A stretch of DNA of 64,000 nucleotides, taken from the NCBI RefSeq assembly GCF_044324875.1, contig NZ_CP172185.1, one strand, 5' to 3'. The stretch's first letter is position 1; the number at the start of each line of letters is the position of its first letter. A program made the translations under genes and the position numbers. The notes below the pieces were generated by a model. The model was not told the DNA's origin, did not search any database, and was given only the letters and a program-made list of their open reading frames with translations. The stretch is from Escherichia coli. Its GTDB lineage: Bacteria; Pseudomonadota; Gammaproteobacteria; Enterobacterales; Enterobacteriaceae. Below, piece after piece: positions 38,806-48,755 of the stretch.

Positions 38806-39190
38806 TGCTGCCTCCGTGACTCTGCGTAAATTCGCCCAGTTCCGTACACTCCAGCAGCAGAAAGCGCCGCGCCCCGTTCAGATCGCGCTGACGTTTCACC
38901 CGGTACACACTGTCACCGCAGACCACCTCATAATCAGCGGTGATCCCCCGGCGGTAGCGAATGGTGATGTAATGGGTGATGGCGTCTCCAGTCTGCGCGG
39001 TTTCCTGCCAGGTGGTGGCACTGGTCTGGATAACCTTCGCCCATGTCCGGAACGTAACCGGGTATTGATGCTCCACGCCAAAGTTATCCGCGGGCATATC
39101 CACCCGCTGGCGGATCAGGACGCGTTTATTCAGTTCACCGGGGTCCGGCAGAATGTAGGTTGCGCTGGTCTGCGCCTGACGAATTTTCAT
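38780..39190 (-). CDS. Head closure/head-tail adaptor protein
   Basis: 136 aa; position downstream of connector. Confidence 0.55.
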   Translation of the reverse strand: MKIRQAQTSATYILPDPGELNKRVLIRQRVDMPADNFGVEHQYPVTFRTWAKVIQTSATTWQETAQTGDAITHYITIRYRRGITADYEVVCGDSVYRVKRQRDLNGARRFLLLECTELGEFTQSHGGSNGDSLFSR

Positions 39191-39510
39191 TGCGGAAAGT
39201 ACCTGTACGGGCCGACAAGCCAGCCAAAACTCTGCGGCATGTCGAGTTTCTCCACTTCCGTAACCGACGAGTGGTTTTCGTAAAAATGGCTGATAAGCAT
39301 CAGCATCCCCAGACGAATATCATCCGGCAGGTGCAGCCCGTCCGGATCGCTGTCCGGAATGGTTTCATCCGGTGCATAGAGCTTCCGGTTCAGATACGTT
39401 TCCGTCCGCTTTTGCGCCGCACAGGCCAGCAGTTGCAGATGGCGGTCATCAGCATCGAAATCCTCATCCAGCCGGAGTTGGGCTTTAATCTCTTCCATTG
39501 TCAGAAGCAT
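39187..39510 (-). CDS. Head-tail connector protein (gp6-like)
   Basis: 107 aa; downstream of capsid gene. Confidence 0.6.
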   Translation of the reverse strand: MLLTMEEIKAQLRLDEDFDADDRHLQLLACAAQKRTETYLNRKLYAPDETIPDSDPDGLHLPDDIRLGMLMLISHFYENHSSVTEVEKLDMPQSFGWLVGPYRYFPQ

Positions 39511-39512
39511 AC

Positions 39513-39713
39513 TCAGCCCTCTTTACTGGTCGTGGCTTTTTTCTCTTTTGCCGCTTTACTGCTTTTTGTACTGATTCCGCGCTCTGCTAACCCAGCCTGA
39601 AGTGCAATCTCCTGCACCCGGGCAGGAAGCGCCCCGTCGTCATACTCACCGGCCCGAATGACCTCAACACGCATACCGTCCGGTGACCATTTCAGATCTT
39701 GTTTCAGGATCAT
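39513..39713 (-). CDS. Small hypothetical head-module protein
   Basis: 66 aa ORF packed between capsid and connector genes, C-terminal Lys-rich tail. Confidence 0.4.
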   Translation of the reverse strand: MILKQDLKWSPDGMRVEVIRAGEYDDGALPARVQEIALQAGLAERGISTKSSKAAKEKKATTSKEG

Positions 39714-39761
39714 GATTCTTCACCCGTCAGAACAGGGGCGCGGTTCCGCGCCCCTGAGTGA

Positions 39762-40967
39762 TTACGCCGCTGCAATCTTCAGCAGTTTGATGGCCTGCGA
39801 ATCGACCAGCATCCCGCCGGTGCGCTTGGTGGTATAAAAACCGACAAACGGTTTATTGGTGTACGGGTCACGCAGAATGCGGGTGCCGATACGGTCAACG
39901 ATGGTGTAACCCCGTTTGAAGTTACCAAATGCAATGGCTTTCGCATCAGCGGCGATATCCGGCATCTGTTCGTTTTCAGCGATACCGTAACCCGCCAGAG
40001 AGGACGGCTGCCCCAGTTCCAGCCCCGGACGCCACAGATAGTTACCCTCGGTGTCTTTCAGCAGACGGATGGCAAACAGGCTGTTGTTGTTCATCATGAA
40101 CTTCGCGCCAGTGCGGTGTGCCTTACGCAGCGTGTAAATCAGTTTGATAATGGCGTCTGCGGTCACCGCCGTCGCTTCGCCGGATACAATATGCTGAAGT
40201 TTGCCGAACGCCCGGACCTTATCGGTTTCATCAGTGGATTCATACGCCAGGAACCCTTTCGGCTTCTTGGTACCATCGCCGGTGGTAAAGGCAATTTCTT
40301 CCTGTTCGGCAAATTCGGTTGCCAGCTCGCTGTTGATCCATGCTTCCACGTTGAAAAAGGCATCATCCAGCATTTTCTGGGTAGCCTGCGGGTTACCGTA
40401 GATTTCCCCCATGAAAGGTTCAATCAGTCCCAGTTTTGAGGTGGCAGTCTGGGAGCGCGCGTCAGTCTCGCCAACCCATCCGGAAGCCGTGCCGCCCAGA
40501 TTCACCAGTTTTTTGTAGTCGGAACCGCCAACGGTGATCACCGTGGCTTCCTGGCGCATCACCACTTCATCTTTCAGCAGGGTAAGAATGTTGCGATCCA
40601 GTGCTTCCGGCACGGCATAGCCGCCGTCTTCATCGGTGCCCACCTGTAATGCCTTGCGCTCCAGATCGCGCAGACCATCTTCACGGCCTTTACGCAGGAA
40701 GCCCACAAACGCTTCTTTATGCTCGGTGGCCAGTTTATTTTGCGCACCACCTGCCGGACGTTTCAGCTCAAGAAGCTCTTTTTCAAGATCGCTTTTGAGG
40801 TTTTCCAGCTCGCTGAGTTTCCCGTTCAGGGTTTCCACCTGCCCGGCAAGTTTGCCTTTTTCCTGCTCAATCGCATCCACGCGCTTGTCGTTCTTTGCTT
40901 TGAAGTCGTCAAACTTCTGCTGCAGCTCCTGCGCGACCTGTTCGACATCTTTAATATCAACCGCCAT
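39762..40967 (-). CDS. Major capsid protein (HK97 fold) with N-terminal coiled-coil delta domain
   Basis: 401 aa; N-terminal ~100 aa heptad-rich scaffolding-like domain; follows prohead protease. Confidence 0.85.
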   Translation of the reverse strand: MAVDIKDVEQVAQELQQKFDDFKAKNDKRVDAIEQEKGKLAGQVETLNGKLSELENLKSDLEKELLELKRPAGGAQNKLATEHKEAFVGFLRKGREDGLRDLERKALQVGTDEDGGYAVPEALDRNILTLLKDEVVMRQEATVITVGGSDYKKLVNLGGTASGWVGETDARSQTATSKLGLIEPFMGEIYGNPQATQKMLDDAFFNVEAWINSELATEFAEQEEIAFTTGDGTKKPKGFLAYESTDETDKVRAFGKLQHIVSGEATAVTADAIIKLIYTLRKAHRTGAKFMMNNNSLFAIRLLKDTEGNYLWRPGLELGQPSSLAGYGIAENEQMPDIAADAKAIAFGNFKRGYTIVDRIGTRILRDPYTNKPFVGFYTTKRTGGMLVDSQAIKLLKIAAA

Positions 40968-40981
40968 CGTATTTCTCCTGA

Positions 40982-41668
40982 TTAGAAGTTCAGATTTTTC
41001 AGTGCATTCAGTGCAGAGCCCACATCCTCAGCGTCGCGCAGGGACAGTGCGCCATAGCCCCCGGCCATGAATGCTTTGGCCTGGGTACGGGAGAGTCCGA
41101 CATCACGCAGGACTCTTTCGATTTTTTTCTGTTCGGGGATTTCCCCGCGGGCCAGTGCGTTCTTGACGTCGCTGATCCGCGCCTCGTCGTTAGACGGGAA
41201 CGTCACCAGGCTGACTTCCCAGAGGTCGATTTCTTTCAGCAGAAAGGCTTCTTTGCTCCGGTCGTATTCCCAGTCTTTCAGGACATACCCAATAGAAAGG
41301 CCGGTTAACGAACCGGCCTTCATGTGTGCATGTGCGCGTTTTGCGAGGGGATCATCATCAATAAGCAACCGTCCCCTGACGTAAAGCCCGACATCGTCTT
41401 CCTTCATTTCGGTGTAAACACCGATGGGTTCATCCATGCGGTGCTGCCAGAGCAGCGCAGGTAACGCTTTTCTGTCACTCCACGCCCGCAGGGAAGCAGC
41501 AAATGCCCCGGACATCACCACATCATCGTGGCTGTCCTTTACACCAAAGACGGAGCCATACCCTTCAAACTCACCGGAGTCACTGACAGATTTCAGACTC
41601 AGCGGTACATCAAGACGTTGTTTCGTCTGCATTGGCGTTATCCTTCTGCTTACCGGCTTTACTGCCAT
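40982..41668 (-). CDS. Prohead maturation protease (HK97 family)
   Basis: 228 aa between portal and capsid. Confidence 0.8.
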   Translation of the reverse strand: MAVKPVSRRITPMQTKQRLDVPLSLKSVSDSGEFEGYGSVFGVKDSHDDVVMSGAFAASLRAWSDRKALPALLWQHRMDEPIGVYTEMKEDDVGLYVRGRLLIDDDPLAKRAHAHMKAGSLTGLSIGYVLKDWEYDRSKEAFLLKEIDLWEVSLVTFPSNDEARISDVKNALARGEIPEQKKIERVLRDVGLSRTQAKAFMAGGYGALSLRDAEDVGSALNALKNLNF

Positions 41669-42851
41669 CGGAGGGTTTCGTGGTCATGTTCATCGGTGTG
41701 AGATAGACATCCCCACCGGGACGCGGATTCATATCTTCCAGGTCGCGGCAGTCATTGGGAGAGTAAATTCCCCAGTTGATCCCGGTGGCGTAGGCTTCAA
41801 AACGGGACTTCATATCCCCGCGCAGTAACGCCCCGGCGTTAAATTTGGCGTAATAAACGCCCTGCTTACTTTTTCGTACCAGTCCGGTGTTGATCCGCTG
41901 TTCGATGCGGGTCAGATACGGCACCAGTGAATAGTTGATAAATCCCAGCCCCAGCTCTTCGATATTGTTGAAGGTGGCGCGATCGGTGTTCTGCACCATG
42001 TGCAACGGCACCCGGAACAGACGACAGATTTCTTCAAGCTGAAACTTGCGGGTTTCCAGGAACTGGCTGTCCTCGGCGTTCAGCGCCATCGACTTCCAGT
42101 CCAGCCCCATCTCAAGGATCATCGGGCGGTGAGCATTGCCAAGCCCGGTGTGACGCTCCTCAAAATCTTTCTTCAGGCGCTCATAAGCCTGATCTGACAG
42201 CGTCTGCTCTGTACGCAACACCCCCGACGTCACCGCGCCATTGCTGAACAGTCTGGCCCCGTGCTCTTCGGTCGCTGCCGCCAGCGATATTGCCTCGCGG
42301 GCATAGGCGACGGGATTCAGCCCCACCAGTCCGTCCAGCGTCAGCGTGCGCACATGCCAGATATCCTCCTGGCTCAGTACATCCGTGGAGCCATCCGGGA
42401 ATGTGACCTGATAGACCGGCTCCCAGCTACTGTTAAGCTTCGGTACCACACAACCGGGATCGACGGGCAGCAGTTCAGCCACTTCGCCAAATGCTTTCAC
42501 TTTGTAGGCGTAAAAATTTCCCCTCAGACACAGACAGGTGACCACCAGCTCCCAGAACTCCTGCGGCGTCATATAGCTATTGGGATGCGTGGAGATCAGT
42601 TTATGCAGACGTTCGCCGGTGGCTCTCTGCTTCAGGCTGCCGTTCAGGTGATACAGATTGCAGGGCAACATCCCGACCGACTCTGCCAGCACTCTGACGC
42701 AGGAAAAAACCGCCGTCAGTCGCATGGCTCGCTGACTGCTGATCTGCTTTCCGGTATAGGTGTCGTAGGACAACCCGATGGCATCCGCCAGCTCTGCTGG
42801 CGTGGTCACCGGTGCGTCACTTTTTCGTTGAAATAATCCCGAAAAGAACAC
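41610..42851 (-). CDS. Portal protein (HK97 family)
   Basis: 413 aa downstream of large terminase. Confidence 0.85.
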   Translation of the reverse strand: MFFSGLFQRKSDAPVTTPAELADAIGLSYDTYTGKQISSQRAMRLTAVFSCVRVLAESVGMLPCNLYHLNGSLKQRATGERLHKLISTHPNSYMTPQEFWELVVTCLCLRGNFYAYKVKAFGEVAELLPVDPGCVVPKLNSSWEPVYQVTFPDGSTDVLSQEDIWHVRTLTLDGLVGLNPVAYAREAISLAAATEEHGARLFSNGAVTSGVLRTEQTLSDQAYERLKKDFEERHTGLGNAHRPMILEMGLDWKSMALNAEDSQFLETRKFQLEEICRLFRVPLHMVQNTDRATFNNIEELGLGFINYSLVPYLTRIEQRINTGLVRKSKQGVYYAKFNAGALLRGDMKSRFEAYATGINWGIYSPNDCRDLEDMNPRPGGDVYLTPMNMTTKPSDGSKAGKQKDNANADETTS

Positions 42852-43033
42852 TATTTACCTCCACCAACAGACAGCTGTGTACGGTCGAGATATCGCGCCA
42901 CCAGCCACGACCAGAACAGGCACAACGCCCCGGCAACAACAAACCCCGCCGGGGGATAAATCAGCCAGGCACCATACGCCAGCAAAAGCGCCCCCAGCAC
43001 GCCCACCAGAGGCGCGAGAATCAGCATGATCAT
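42851..43033 (-). CDS. Small membrane protein between terminase and portal
   Basis: 60 aa, two hydrophobic segments; stop overlaps portal start codon. Confidence 0.45.
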   Translation of the reverse strand: MIMLILAPLVGVLGALLLAYGAWLIYPPAGFVVAGALCLFWSWLVARYLDRTQLSVGGGK

Positions 43034-43044
43034 AATTACCTCAG

Positions 43045-44778
43045 TTAAAGCGAGCGGATCCCATAGGACTCAATGTGGTCAGACAGCGTGTCTTCTTTCT
43101 CGTACAGCATGGCTCTGCCAACCGCCATAATCAGCGCAACTGCACCATCGATTTTGTTTTCCGCCTGCTCTTTGACGGGCTTCACCACATCATCGTTACC
43201 CGGAATGGTTTTGCCGACCACGTTGCCGATACACCAGGTCATGATGGGATTGCCATCATGATGAAAGCGCCCCGATTCAATTGCCGCTTCCAGCTCTTTC
43301 ATCGGGTCGGACATGTTGGTGTAGTTCTGAATGATAGTGATGGGGTTCAGGTCTTCATCAGCAAGGTCATGTGAGAGCCCGGTCGCCCCGAAGGGGTCGA
43401 TGGGTGACTCGCTGACCGGGCTGATTTTGTTCGCCGCTTTGGCCTCTTCGAGGATGTAGCGATAATCCACCTCCGCACCATCGGTAACGGTCAGAACGCC
43501 CATTTCCACCCATTTCTGAAAGCGTTCGGCTGTCCGGCGATCTTCATTTTTCTCGACGCTGTACACCGTGTCATACGGTACCCAGAAACGCGGGGCTACA
43601 CTGTAGTAATGCGTTTTACCGTCAATCTCGCGGGTATAAAGTCGCGCCATGCTGTTCATATCCAGTTTACGCGCCAGGTCAAAGGCCAGAATGCACGGCT
43701 GCCCCTCGAACTGCTCAAGGGACAGTGATTTATCCTCGCAGCTCTGCCAGCTCACCAGGTTGAAATACGCCGAACGCGCCGACACCCAGATATTGAGGTG
43801 TTTTGTTTTAAAGACGTTTGCCAGACGGGCGTTATTTTTCGCACGCTGCTGCTGACTTAACAAAAATTCGCGATAAACCGACACGCCAATATTTGGATTG
43901 GCTTTTTCCAGCACCTGCGGGTCGGTCCAGTCGTCACCTTCATCAACGGTATAGATGATCCCGAACAGTTCATCGTTAGGCACCGAGCCGTTGAGCATCT
44001 CGATGACTTCCCGCCGTTTGTCGTAGCACGGCCCCTCAATGTTGTACCCGGCGGCAGTGATAGCCCACATCAGTGGCTGACGTCGCGCCCCCATCCCGGT
44101 AAGCATCGTGGTGTAAAGCGCATCTGTGGCGTGCTCGTGATATTCATCCACCACCGCACAGTGGGGTGATGAACCATCACCGGGGTTACCGATCAGCGGT
44201 TCAAAACGCGCACCATCCTCCGGACGGTTCATGTTTGAGGCGTTAACCTCAATCCCGAACGCTTCCGTCAGCATGGGTGTGCGTTTACACATCAGTCTTG
44301 CCGGGCGAAAGACTTCCCATGCCTGTTTCTCTGTCGTGGCACCGGAATACACTTCCGCGCCGAACTCGTTATCACAGGCAAAACAATACAGGGCGACACC
44401 GGCAGAGATTGCCGATTTGCCGTTCTTACGGGGGATTTCGGTATACACCTCACGGAAGCGGCGCAGCCGGGAGCCTTTATTGACCCAGCCAAACGCGCAG
44501 CAGATCACAAAGAGCTGCCACGGCTCCAGCGTGATGGGCATCCTCTTAAATGCCCACTCACCCTTGGTGTGCGGCAACAGCTGAATAAATTTGGCGGCCC
44601 GTTCAGCCAGGTCCTTGTCGAAGCGGTAACGAAACGACTTACTTTTTTCCGCCATCAGGTCATCAAGATGGCGCTGGCAGGCCTGAATCACAAACTGGCA
44701 GGCCACAATCTTTCCGCGCACGACATCACGGGCATACTGATTGGCAGCATTTACGTTGGGGTAAGATTTCCGGCTCAT
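43045..44778 (-). CDS. Terminase large subunit
   Basis: 577 aa; N-terminal ATPase region and C-terminal nuclease region. Confidence 0.9.
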   Translation of the reverse strand: MSRKSYPNVNAANQYARDVVRGKIVACQFVIQACQRHLDDLMAEKSKSFRYRFDKDLAERAAKFIQLLPHTKGEWAFKRMPITLEPWQLFVICCAFGWVNKGSRLRRFREVYTEIPRKNGKSAISAGVALYCFACDNEFGAEVYSGATTEKQAWEVFRPARLMCKRTPMLTEAFGIEVNASNMNRPEDGARFEPLIGNPGDGSSPHCAVVDEYHEHATDALYTTMLTGMGARRQPLMWAITAAGYNIEGPCYDKRREVIEMLNGSVPNDELFGIIYTVDEGDDWTDPQVLEKANPNIGVSVYREFLLSQQQRAKNNARLANVFKTKHLNIWVSARSAYFNLVSWQSCEDKSLSLEQFEGQPCILAFDLARKLDMNSMARLYTREIDGKTHYYSVAPRFWVPYDTVYSVEKNEDRRTAERFQKWVEMGVLTVTDGAEVDYRYILEEAKAANKISPVSESPIDPFGATGLSHDLADEDLNPITIIQNYTNMSDPMKELEAAIESGRFHHDGNPIMTWCIGNVVGKTIPGNDDVVKPVKEQAENKIDGAVALIMAVGRAMLYEKEDTLSDHIESYGIRSL

Positions 44779-45278
44779 GATTCGATGATTTTCAGAAACG
44801 GGTTAGTGGTTTTCTTCTGCCCCGCCAGGCCAATCAGACGCTGACGGCTGCTGGGGTCGAGTCCGAGCATTGCCCCCGTGCTGCTCATCTCGGACTCCTG
44901 TTCTTTTTTGGCGGTCAGCTCCGGATTTTTGACCATGCCGCCCATTGCACCGGTGATGGTGTTGCCCTGTCTGGCAATATTTTTCACGGCACGTCGCCAG
45001 AACTCGTAGGCCACGCACCACCGCTCAAGCACCGCGAGGTCAGTCACGCACAGCAGGCCCTGACCGCAGAGTTCTTTAGTTGTCAGTTGCCACATGATCG
45101 TAGCGAGAGGGAGATCTTCTTCAGCGAACCACTCCGGTGGCTCAACACCTTTGATGGGCGTAAAAACAGGTTCATCTTTATTCAGGGCTCGCTTGCCGGG
45201 GTTTCCGGCCAGCGCCTTGCGCGCCGTTGGCTTGGGGCGACGCCCGGAACGCCCCGCCGTTCCAGCCATATGCGGCAC
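44775..45278 (-). CDS. Terminase small subunit
   Basis: 167 aa; overlaps terL start; basic N-terminus. Confidence 0.75.
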   Translation of the reverse strand: MPHMAGTAGRSGRRPKPTARKALAGNPGKRALNKDEPVFTPIKGVEPPEWFAEEDLPLATIMWQLTTKELCGQGLLCVTDLAVLERWCVAYEFWRRAVKNIARQGNTITGAMGGMVKNPELTAKKEQESEMSSTGAMLGLDPSSRQRLIGLAGQKKTTNPFLKIIES

Positions 45279-45319
45279 TCCTGGTTAAATTTCATTTTTC
45301 GCGGGTATAAAAAAACGAT

Positions 45320-45372
45320 GGGGCGGGCAGTCCGGAAGACGTCAGGTCACAGAGATTTGACCCGCCCCTCCC
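45320..45372. other. Candidate cos site region upstream of terminase small subunit gene
   Basis: G/C-rich inverted repeat ggggcggg ... cccgcccc with ~33 bp between, located between the HNH and terS genes. Confidence 0.3.
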
Positions 45373-45394
45373 CTCAGACAGTTGAGAGTTATTA

Positions 45395-45745
45395 TCACTT
45401 AAGCCGTTCACGGGCCGTCTTCGCCTTATGGCACGGCCAGCACAGACTCTGCATATTACTGTCGGCATCAGTGCCACCATGTGCTTTAGGGATGATGTGG
45501 TCAACGGTTTTCGCTTCACGCGCCACACCAGCACGCAGACATAACTGACACAGGCCTTTGTCACGTTGCAGCACACGCACACGGATAACATCCCACTTAG
45601 AACCATAACCGCGCTGATGACGGGATTGTCCAGGTTTGTATTGCTTCCAGCCTTCGCTTTTGTGGCTTTCGCAGTAGCCTGAAGGGTCCGTGGTTGTAGA
45701 GCGGCAGCCGCGAACACGGCAGGCTTTTGGGGTTCGTGGGGGCAT
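45395..45745 (-). CDS. HNH endonuclease (terminase-associated)
   Basis: 116 aa; Cys pairs plus HxxxxxH-type motif (DHIIPKAHGG...CWPCH); immediately upstream of terS. Confidence 0.85.
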   Translation of the reverse strand: MPPRTPKACRVRGCRSTTTDPSGYCESHKSEGWKQYKPGQSRHQRGYGSKWDVIRVRVLQRDKGLCQLCLRAGVAREAKTVDHIIPKAHGGTDADSNMQSLCWPCHKAKTARERLK

Positions 45746-45876
45746 CCAATCACCTCTTAAATTATTACTATAGTTCTATCTATAACTTCGCAAATAAAAA
45801 TACCGGAGAACTAATCATCAAAAAAGATAATTAGTTCAACCAGCATTAATAATATGGAATATCCAGACAATCTATT

Positions 45877-46332
45877 TCATTTTAAATCTATATATAACAT
45901 TTTCCCTGCAAGCAAGGCCAATTCTGATTTAAAACCCTTTCCGGCCAAGAAAGCCATTTGAAGTTCTCGTAAATTATCCATGGTTTTAGAAATATCATCA
46001 TTTGAGTTAGATGATAGATAAATATTGCACCTAGATTGCAATTCATTAAAGGCTCTGATAATCAACTTTCTATTAACATAACCTTCATCATTTTCTAAAT
46101 TCTTTGGCATAGAAATCAAAGTATTATTATACTCAATGATAGCATCCATCAATTTCAATTTTTTGTCTTCATTATACTGTTTTTTCCATTGCCCTAATGC
46201 GAGAAAACCCACAATCCCTGCGAACAAAGTAACTCCAATACTCGCCAGACTCACAAGAGCAGAAAATTTAGCCCAAAATGCAGCATCTCTGTTAGCTACA
46301 AGAGTTTCATAAGCAATATAAGTAGCGTCCAT
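45877..46332 (-). CDS. Hypothetical membrane-anchored protein (cargo gene A1)
   Basis: 151 aa; single N-terminal TM helix; strong SD (gaggtg) 4-5 nt upstream of ATG; AT-rich; no recognisable family. Confidence 0.55.
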   Translation of the reverse strand: MDATYIAYETLVANRDAAFWAKFSALVSLASIGVTLFAGIVGFLALGQWKKQYNEDKKLKLMDAIIEYNNTLISMPKNLENDEGYVNRKLIIRAFNELQSRCNIYLSSNSNDDISKTMDNLRELQMAFLAGKGFKSELALLAGKMLYIDLK

Positions 46333-46451
46333 TTACACCTCACTTTATTTTAGAGGTGATTATAGCAAATTACATTCAATCAGGGCTGTACAGTTTTTTA
46401 TCAATTATACTTCGCCATCTCGCTATTATATAACAATATCTTTACATATTG

Positions 46452-47078
46452 ATGGCGTGCCAGCACAATACTGTCACGTACAACCATTCGGATTACTCAG
46501 AGAAAAGTATGATTCAGGATTTACTGATCGAAGCAATTAGTCACGATAGGATGCATAAAAAGTTAAATGAACTGAATTGCTACTTCTACAATCGCAAACA
46601 TGAAACACAAATACGTGATGAGTTAGTTGTTATAATCAATCAAATCAGCACACTAACTGCTTTAAGTGAGCATCCAAAACTCGGTATCGGCGCTGTTGAC
46701 ATATCACTTTATAACCAGTCGATATTGACGCCTGAACATAATGGCAATGTTGCAACCATCGAGATAAAACATCATTACCCAAAAGATTTGCTTTATCGGC
46801 AGGTTCAAGAAGATATCACTTCCGATATTTCAAGAGTAATAGTTTCACCAACTACACACTTTATCCATATAATCCAGCAAAGAACCAGAATTAAAACTCC
46901 TTCTTTTGGTCAAGTGAAATTCCTTGAACGTGATGCAAGTGATATCAGCACTTATGTGCAATATCTTGAGGAGCTAAGTTCATTTCCCAGTAATTTTCAT
47001 AAAAAAAGTGTATGTATTGAGGTAATTGGTGAAATTATGTCGACATATACCTTTAACGTATATTCATTTGACAACTGA
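46452..47078 (+). CDS. Hypothetical protein (cargo gene A2), divergent from A1
   Basis: About 190-209 aa; ORF begins TTG 46449 / ATG 46452, alternative start ATG 46509 (MIQDLLIEAI...); AT-rich; no recognisable family. Confidence 0.5.
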   Translation: MACQHNTVTYNHSDYSEKSMIQDLLIEAISHDRMHKKLNELNCYFYNRKHETQIRDELVVIINQISTLTALSEHPKLGIGAVDISLYNQSILTPEHNGNVATIEIKHHYPKDLLYRQVQEDITSDISRVIVSPTTHFIHIIQQRTRIKTPSFGQVKFLERDASDISTYVQYLEELSSFPSNFHKKSVCIEVIGEIMSTYTFNVYSFDN

Positions 47079-47099
47079 TTAAACTGTCAATTTTATTGC

Positions 47100-47357
47100 T
47101 TAATGGTTAGTTCTCTCTGAATCTATTTTACGAATGTCAGCTTTATCTCGATTGCAGTTAGCCAGCGCAGACAACAGACTCACATTCAACTCCAGACTAG
47201 CACCATACGTCAGCGGATTAGGTATAAACGGTACAGGAGTATCAGAAGTCAGGCTGGCTGGCAGTGGTGCCACCGGAGCGCTCACGTAAACCGTCCGCGA
47301 ATTTCCGCAACCGGTCAGCAGCGGCAGCAGGCACATGACGTGAAGCACAATCATCAT
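47100..47357 (-). CDS. Rz1-like outer-membrane spanin (lipoprotein), overlapping Rz in another frame
   Basis: Internal Met of ORF 47100..47585 followed by lipobox LLTGC and Pro-rich mature part. Confidence 0.6.
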   Translation of the reverse strand: MMIVLHVMCLLPLLTGCGNSRTVYVSAPVAPLPASLTSDTPVPFIPNPLTYGASLELNVSLLSALANCNRDKADIRKIDSERTNH

Positions 47358-47634
47358 CCGTAACAGCCACTTTGATATCTTCCTGGGTTCTCTGTGACTC
47401 CAGTGCGATCTGCTGTTTTGCATGCTGGTTAGCCTCCAGAACTGTATTGACGATTTGTAGTGATTGCAGGACGTTATTGGTAATGGCAGTTGCTGATTCA
47501 GCATTTCGTACAGCCTCATCAGCACGTTTCTTTTCGTACTGATATTTGCTGTAGTAGTGGTTGGCTGACCAGATGAAAGAACCAATGACAGTAACGAAGA
47601 AAGCAGCGATAACCAGCTTATAGCTCAACTTCAT
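47242..47634 (-). CDS. Rz-like inner-membrane spanin
   Basis: 130 aa; N-terminal TM helix then coiled coil; downstream of endolysin. Confidence 0.75.
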   Translation of the reverse strand: MKLSYKLVIAAFFVTVIGSFIWSANHYYSKYQYEKKRADEAVRNAESATAITNNVLQSLQIVNTVLEANQHAKQQIALESQRTQEDIKVAVTDDDCASRHVPAAAADRLRKFADGLRERSGGTTASQPDF

Positions 47635-48094
47635 TTACCACCCCACCAGCCTCTTTAAACCGGGCAATCAGGTCACCGATTTTATGTTCATACTGACCGT
47701 AACCAGCACCCGGCAGTGAAGCCCAGATATTGCTGCAACGGTCGATTGCCTGACGGATATCACCGCGATCAATCATCGGTAAAGCGCCACGCTCTTTAAT
47801 CTGCTGCAGAGCTACAGCGTCCTGGCTTTCTGGAGAAAAATCTTTCAGGCCAAGCTGTTTACGGTAAGCATCCCACCAGCGTGAAAGAAGCTGGTAACGT
47901 CCGGCGGCTGTTGATTTGAGTTTGGGGTTTAGCGTGACAAGTTTGCGAGGGTGATCGGAGTAATCAGTGAACAGTTCACCACCAACAATAACATCATAAC
48001 CGTGGTTACGTGTCGGTTGTCGCCCGTTATCCGTTCCTTCTGACCATGCCACCATATCGAGGAAAGCTTTACGCTGGGAATTTAGTACCTGCAT
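47618..48094 (-). CDS. Endolysin, lambda R-type lytic transglycosylase
   Basis: 158 aa; near-identical blocks to lambda R (QRKAFLDM.AWSEGTDNGRQ.TRNHGYDVIVGGELFTDYSDHPRKLVTLNPKLKST). Confidence 0.9.
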   Translation of the reverse strand: MQVLNSQRKAFLDMVAWSEGTDNGRQPTRNHGYDVIVGGELFTDYSDHPRKLVTLNPKLKSTAAGRYQLLSRWWDAYRKQLGLKDFSPESQDAVALQQIKERGALPMIDRGDIRQAIDRCSNIWASLPGAGYGQYEHKIGDLIARFKEAGGVVNEVEL

Positions 48095-48097
48095 AAA

Positions 48098-48424
48098 TTA
48101 CTCCTTAGAGCCACCAAACTTATTACCGATTACTCTCATTGCAGCCCCACGAATAGCATCGACACCGATCAGCCCCACCCCACCACCAATGGCAACAGAA
48201 AGCGATTTAGGCCATCCGACATACTCAAGAGCGGATGCAAAAGTCAGCGTCAGAGCGCCACAGAGTAGAATTTCGAGTGTTTTTCGCTTCCAGCCACCAC
48301 CACCGCCAAAATAGGCAATGCGCAAGCCAGCCATAACGATCGACATAATCACTGCGCCCAGTGGTGTGTCTCCACGCCACCAGCTCTGGACCAACTCCAG
48401 CCAGGTATTTGGGTTATGAGGCAT
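48098..48424 (-). CDS. Holin
   Basis: 108 aa with hydrophobic segments and charged C-terminus; immediately upstream of endolysin. Confidence 0.7.
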   Translation of the reverse strand: MPHNPNTWLELVQSWWRGDTPLGAVIMSIVMAGLRIAYFGGGGGWKRKTLEILLCGALTLTFASALEYVGWPKSLSVAIGGGVGLIGVDAIRGAAMRVIGNKFGGSKE

Positions 48425-48567
48425 TTGTAGTTATCTCTCACCTCGCCGATACAGGAGGTGCAAATTGAGGGAGTACCACGAACCGCAAACCAGAAGCGGA
48501 AACGTAAAAGAAGCCGAGCCAATGGATAAGTACTAGATAGACCAAGCCCAACGAATACCAAGGCCCA

Positions 48568-48598
48568 GAAATGACAAAACCCGCTCGACGGCGGGTTT
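48568..48598 (-). terminator. tR'-like rho-independent terminator upstream of holin
   Basis: Minus-strand hairpin aacccgc-cgtcga-gcgggtt followed by TTTTGT; located between the expected late promoter region and the holin start. Confidence 0.5.
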
Positions 48599-48755
48599 AA
48601 GCTGTGTGGCAAAGTAACCACTCTTAACACGATATAATACTTTTTGCGTACGCGTTAACTTTTTCTGTAGTATTTAGTGTAAGATTCTTCACAAGATAGA
48701 TACTTTGGAGTACATGATGTAAAGTGCTGTATGCATAAACAGTACAAAGGATATC

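Noticed and set aside
47100-47585. Full-length 161-aa minus-strand ORF overlapping Rz
   Set aside because: N-terminal part is out of frame within Rz with no RBS; only the internal Met followed by the lipobox is plausible as Rz1.
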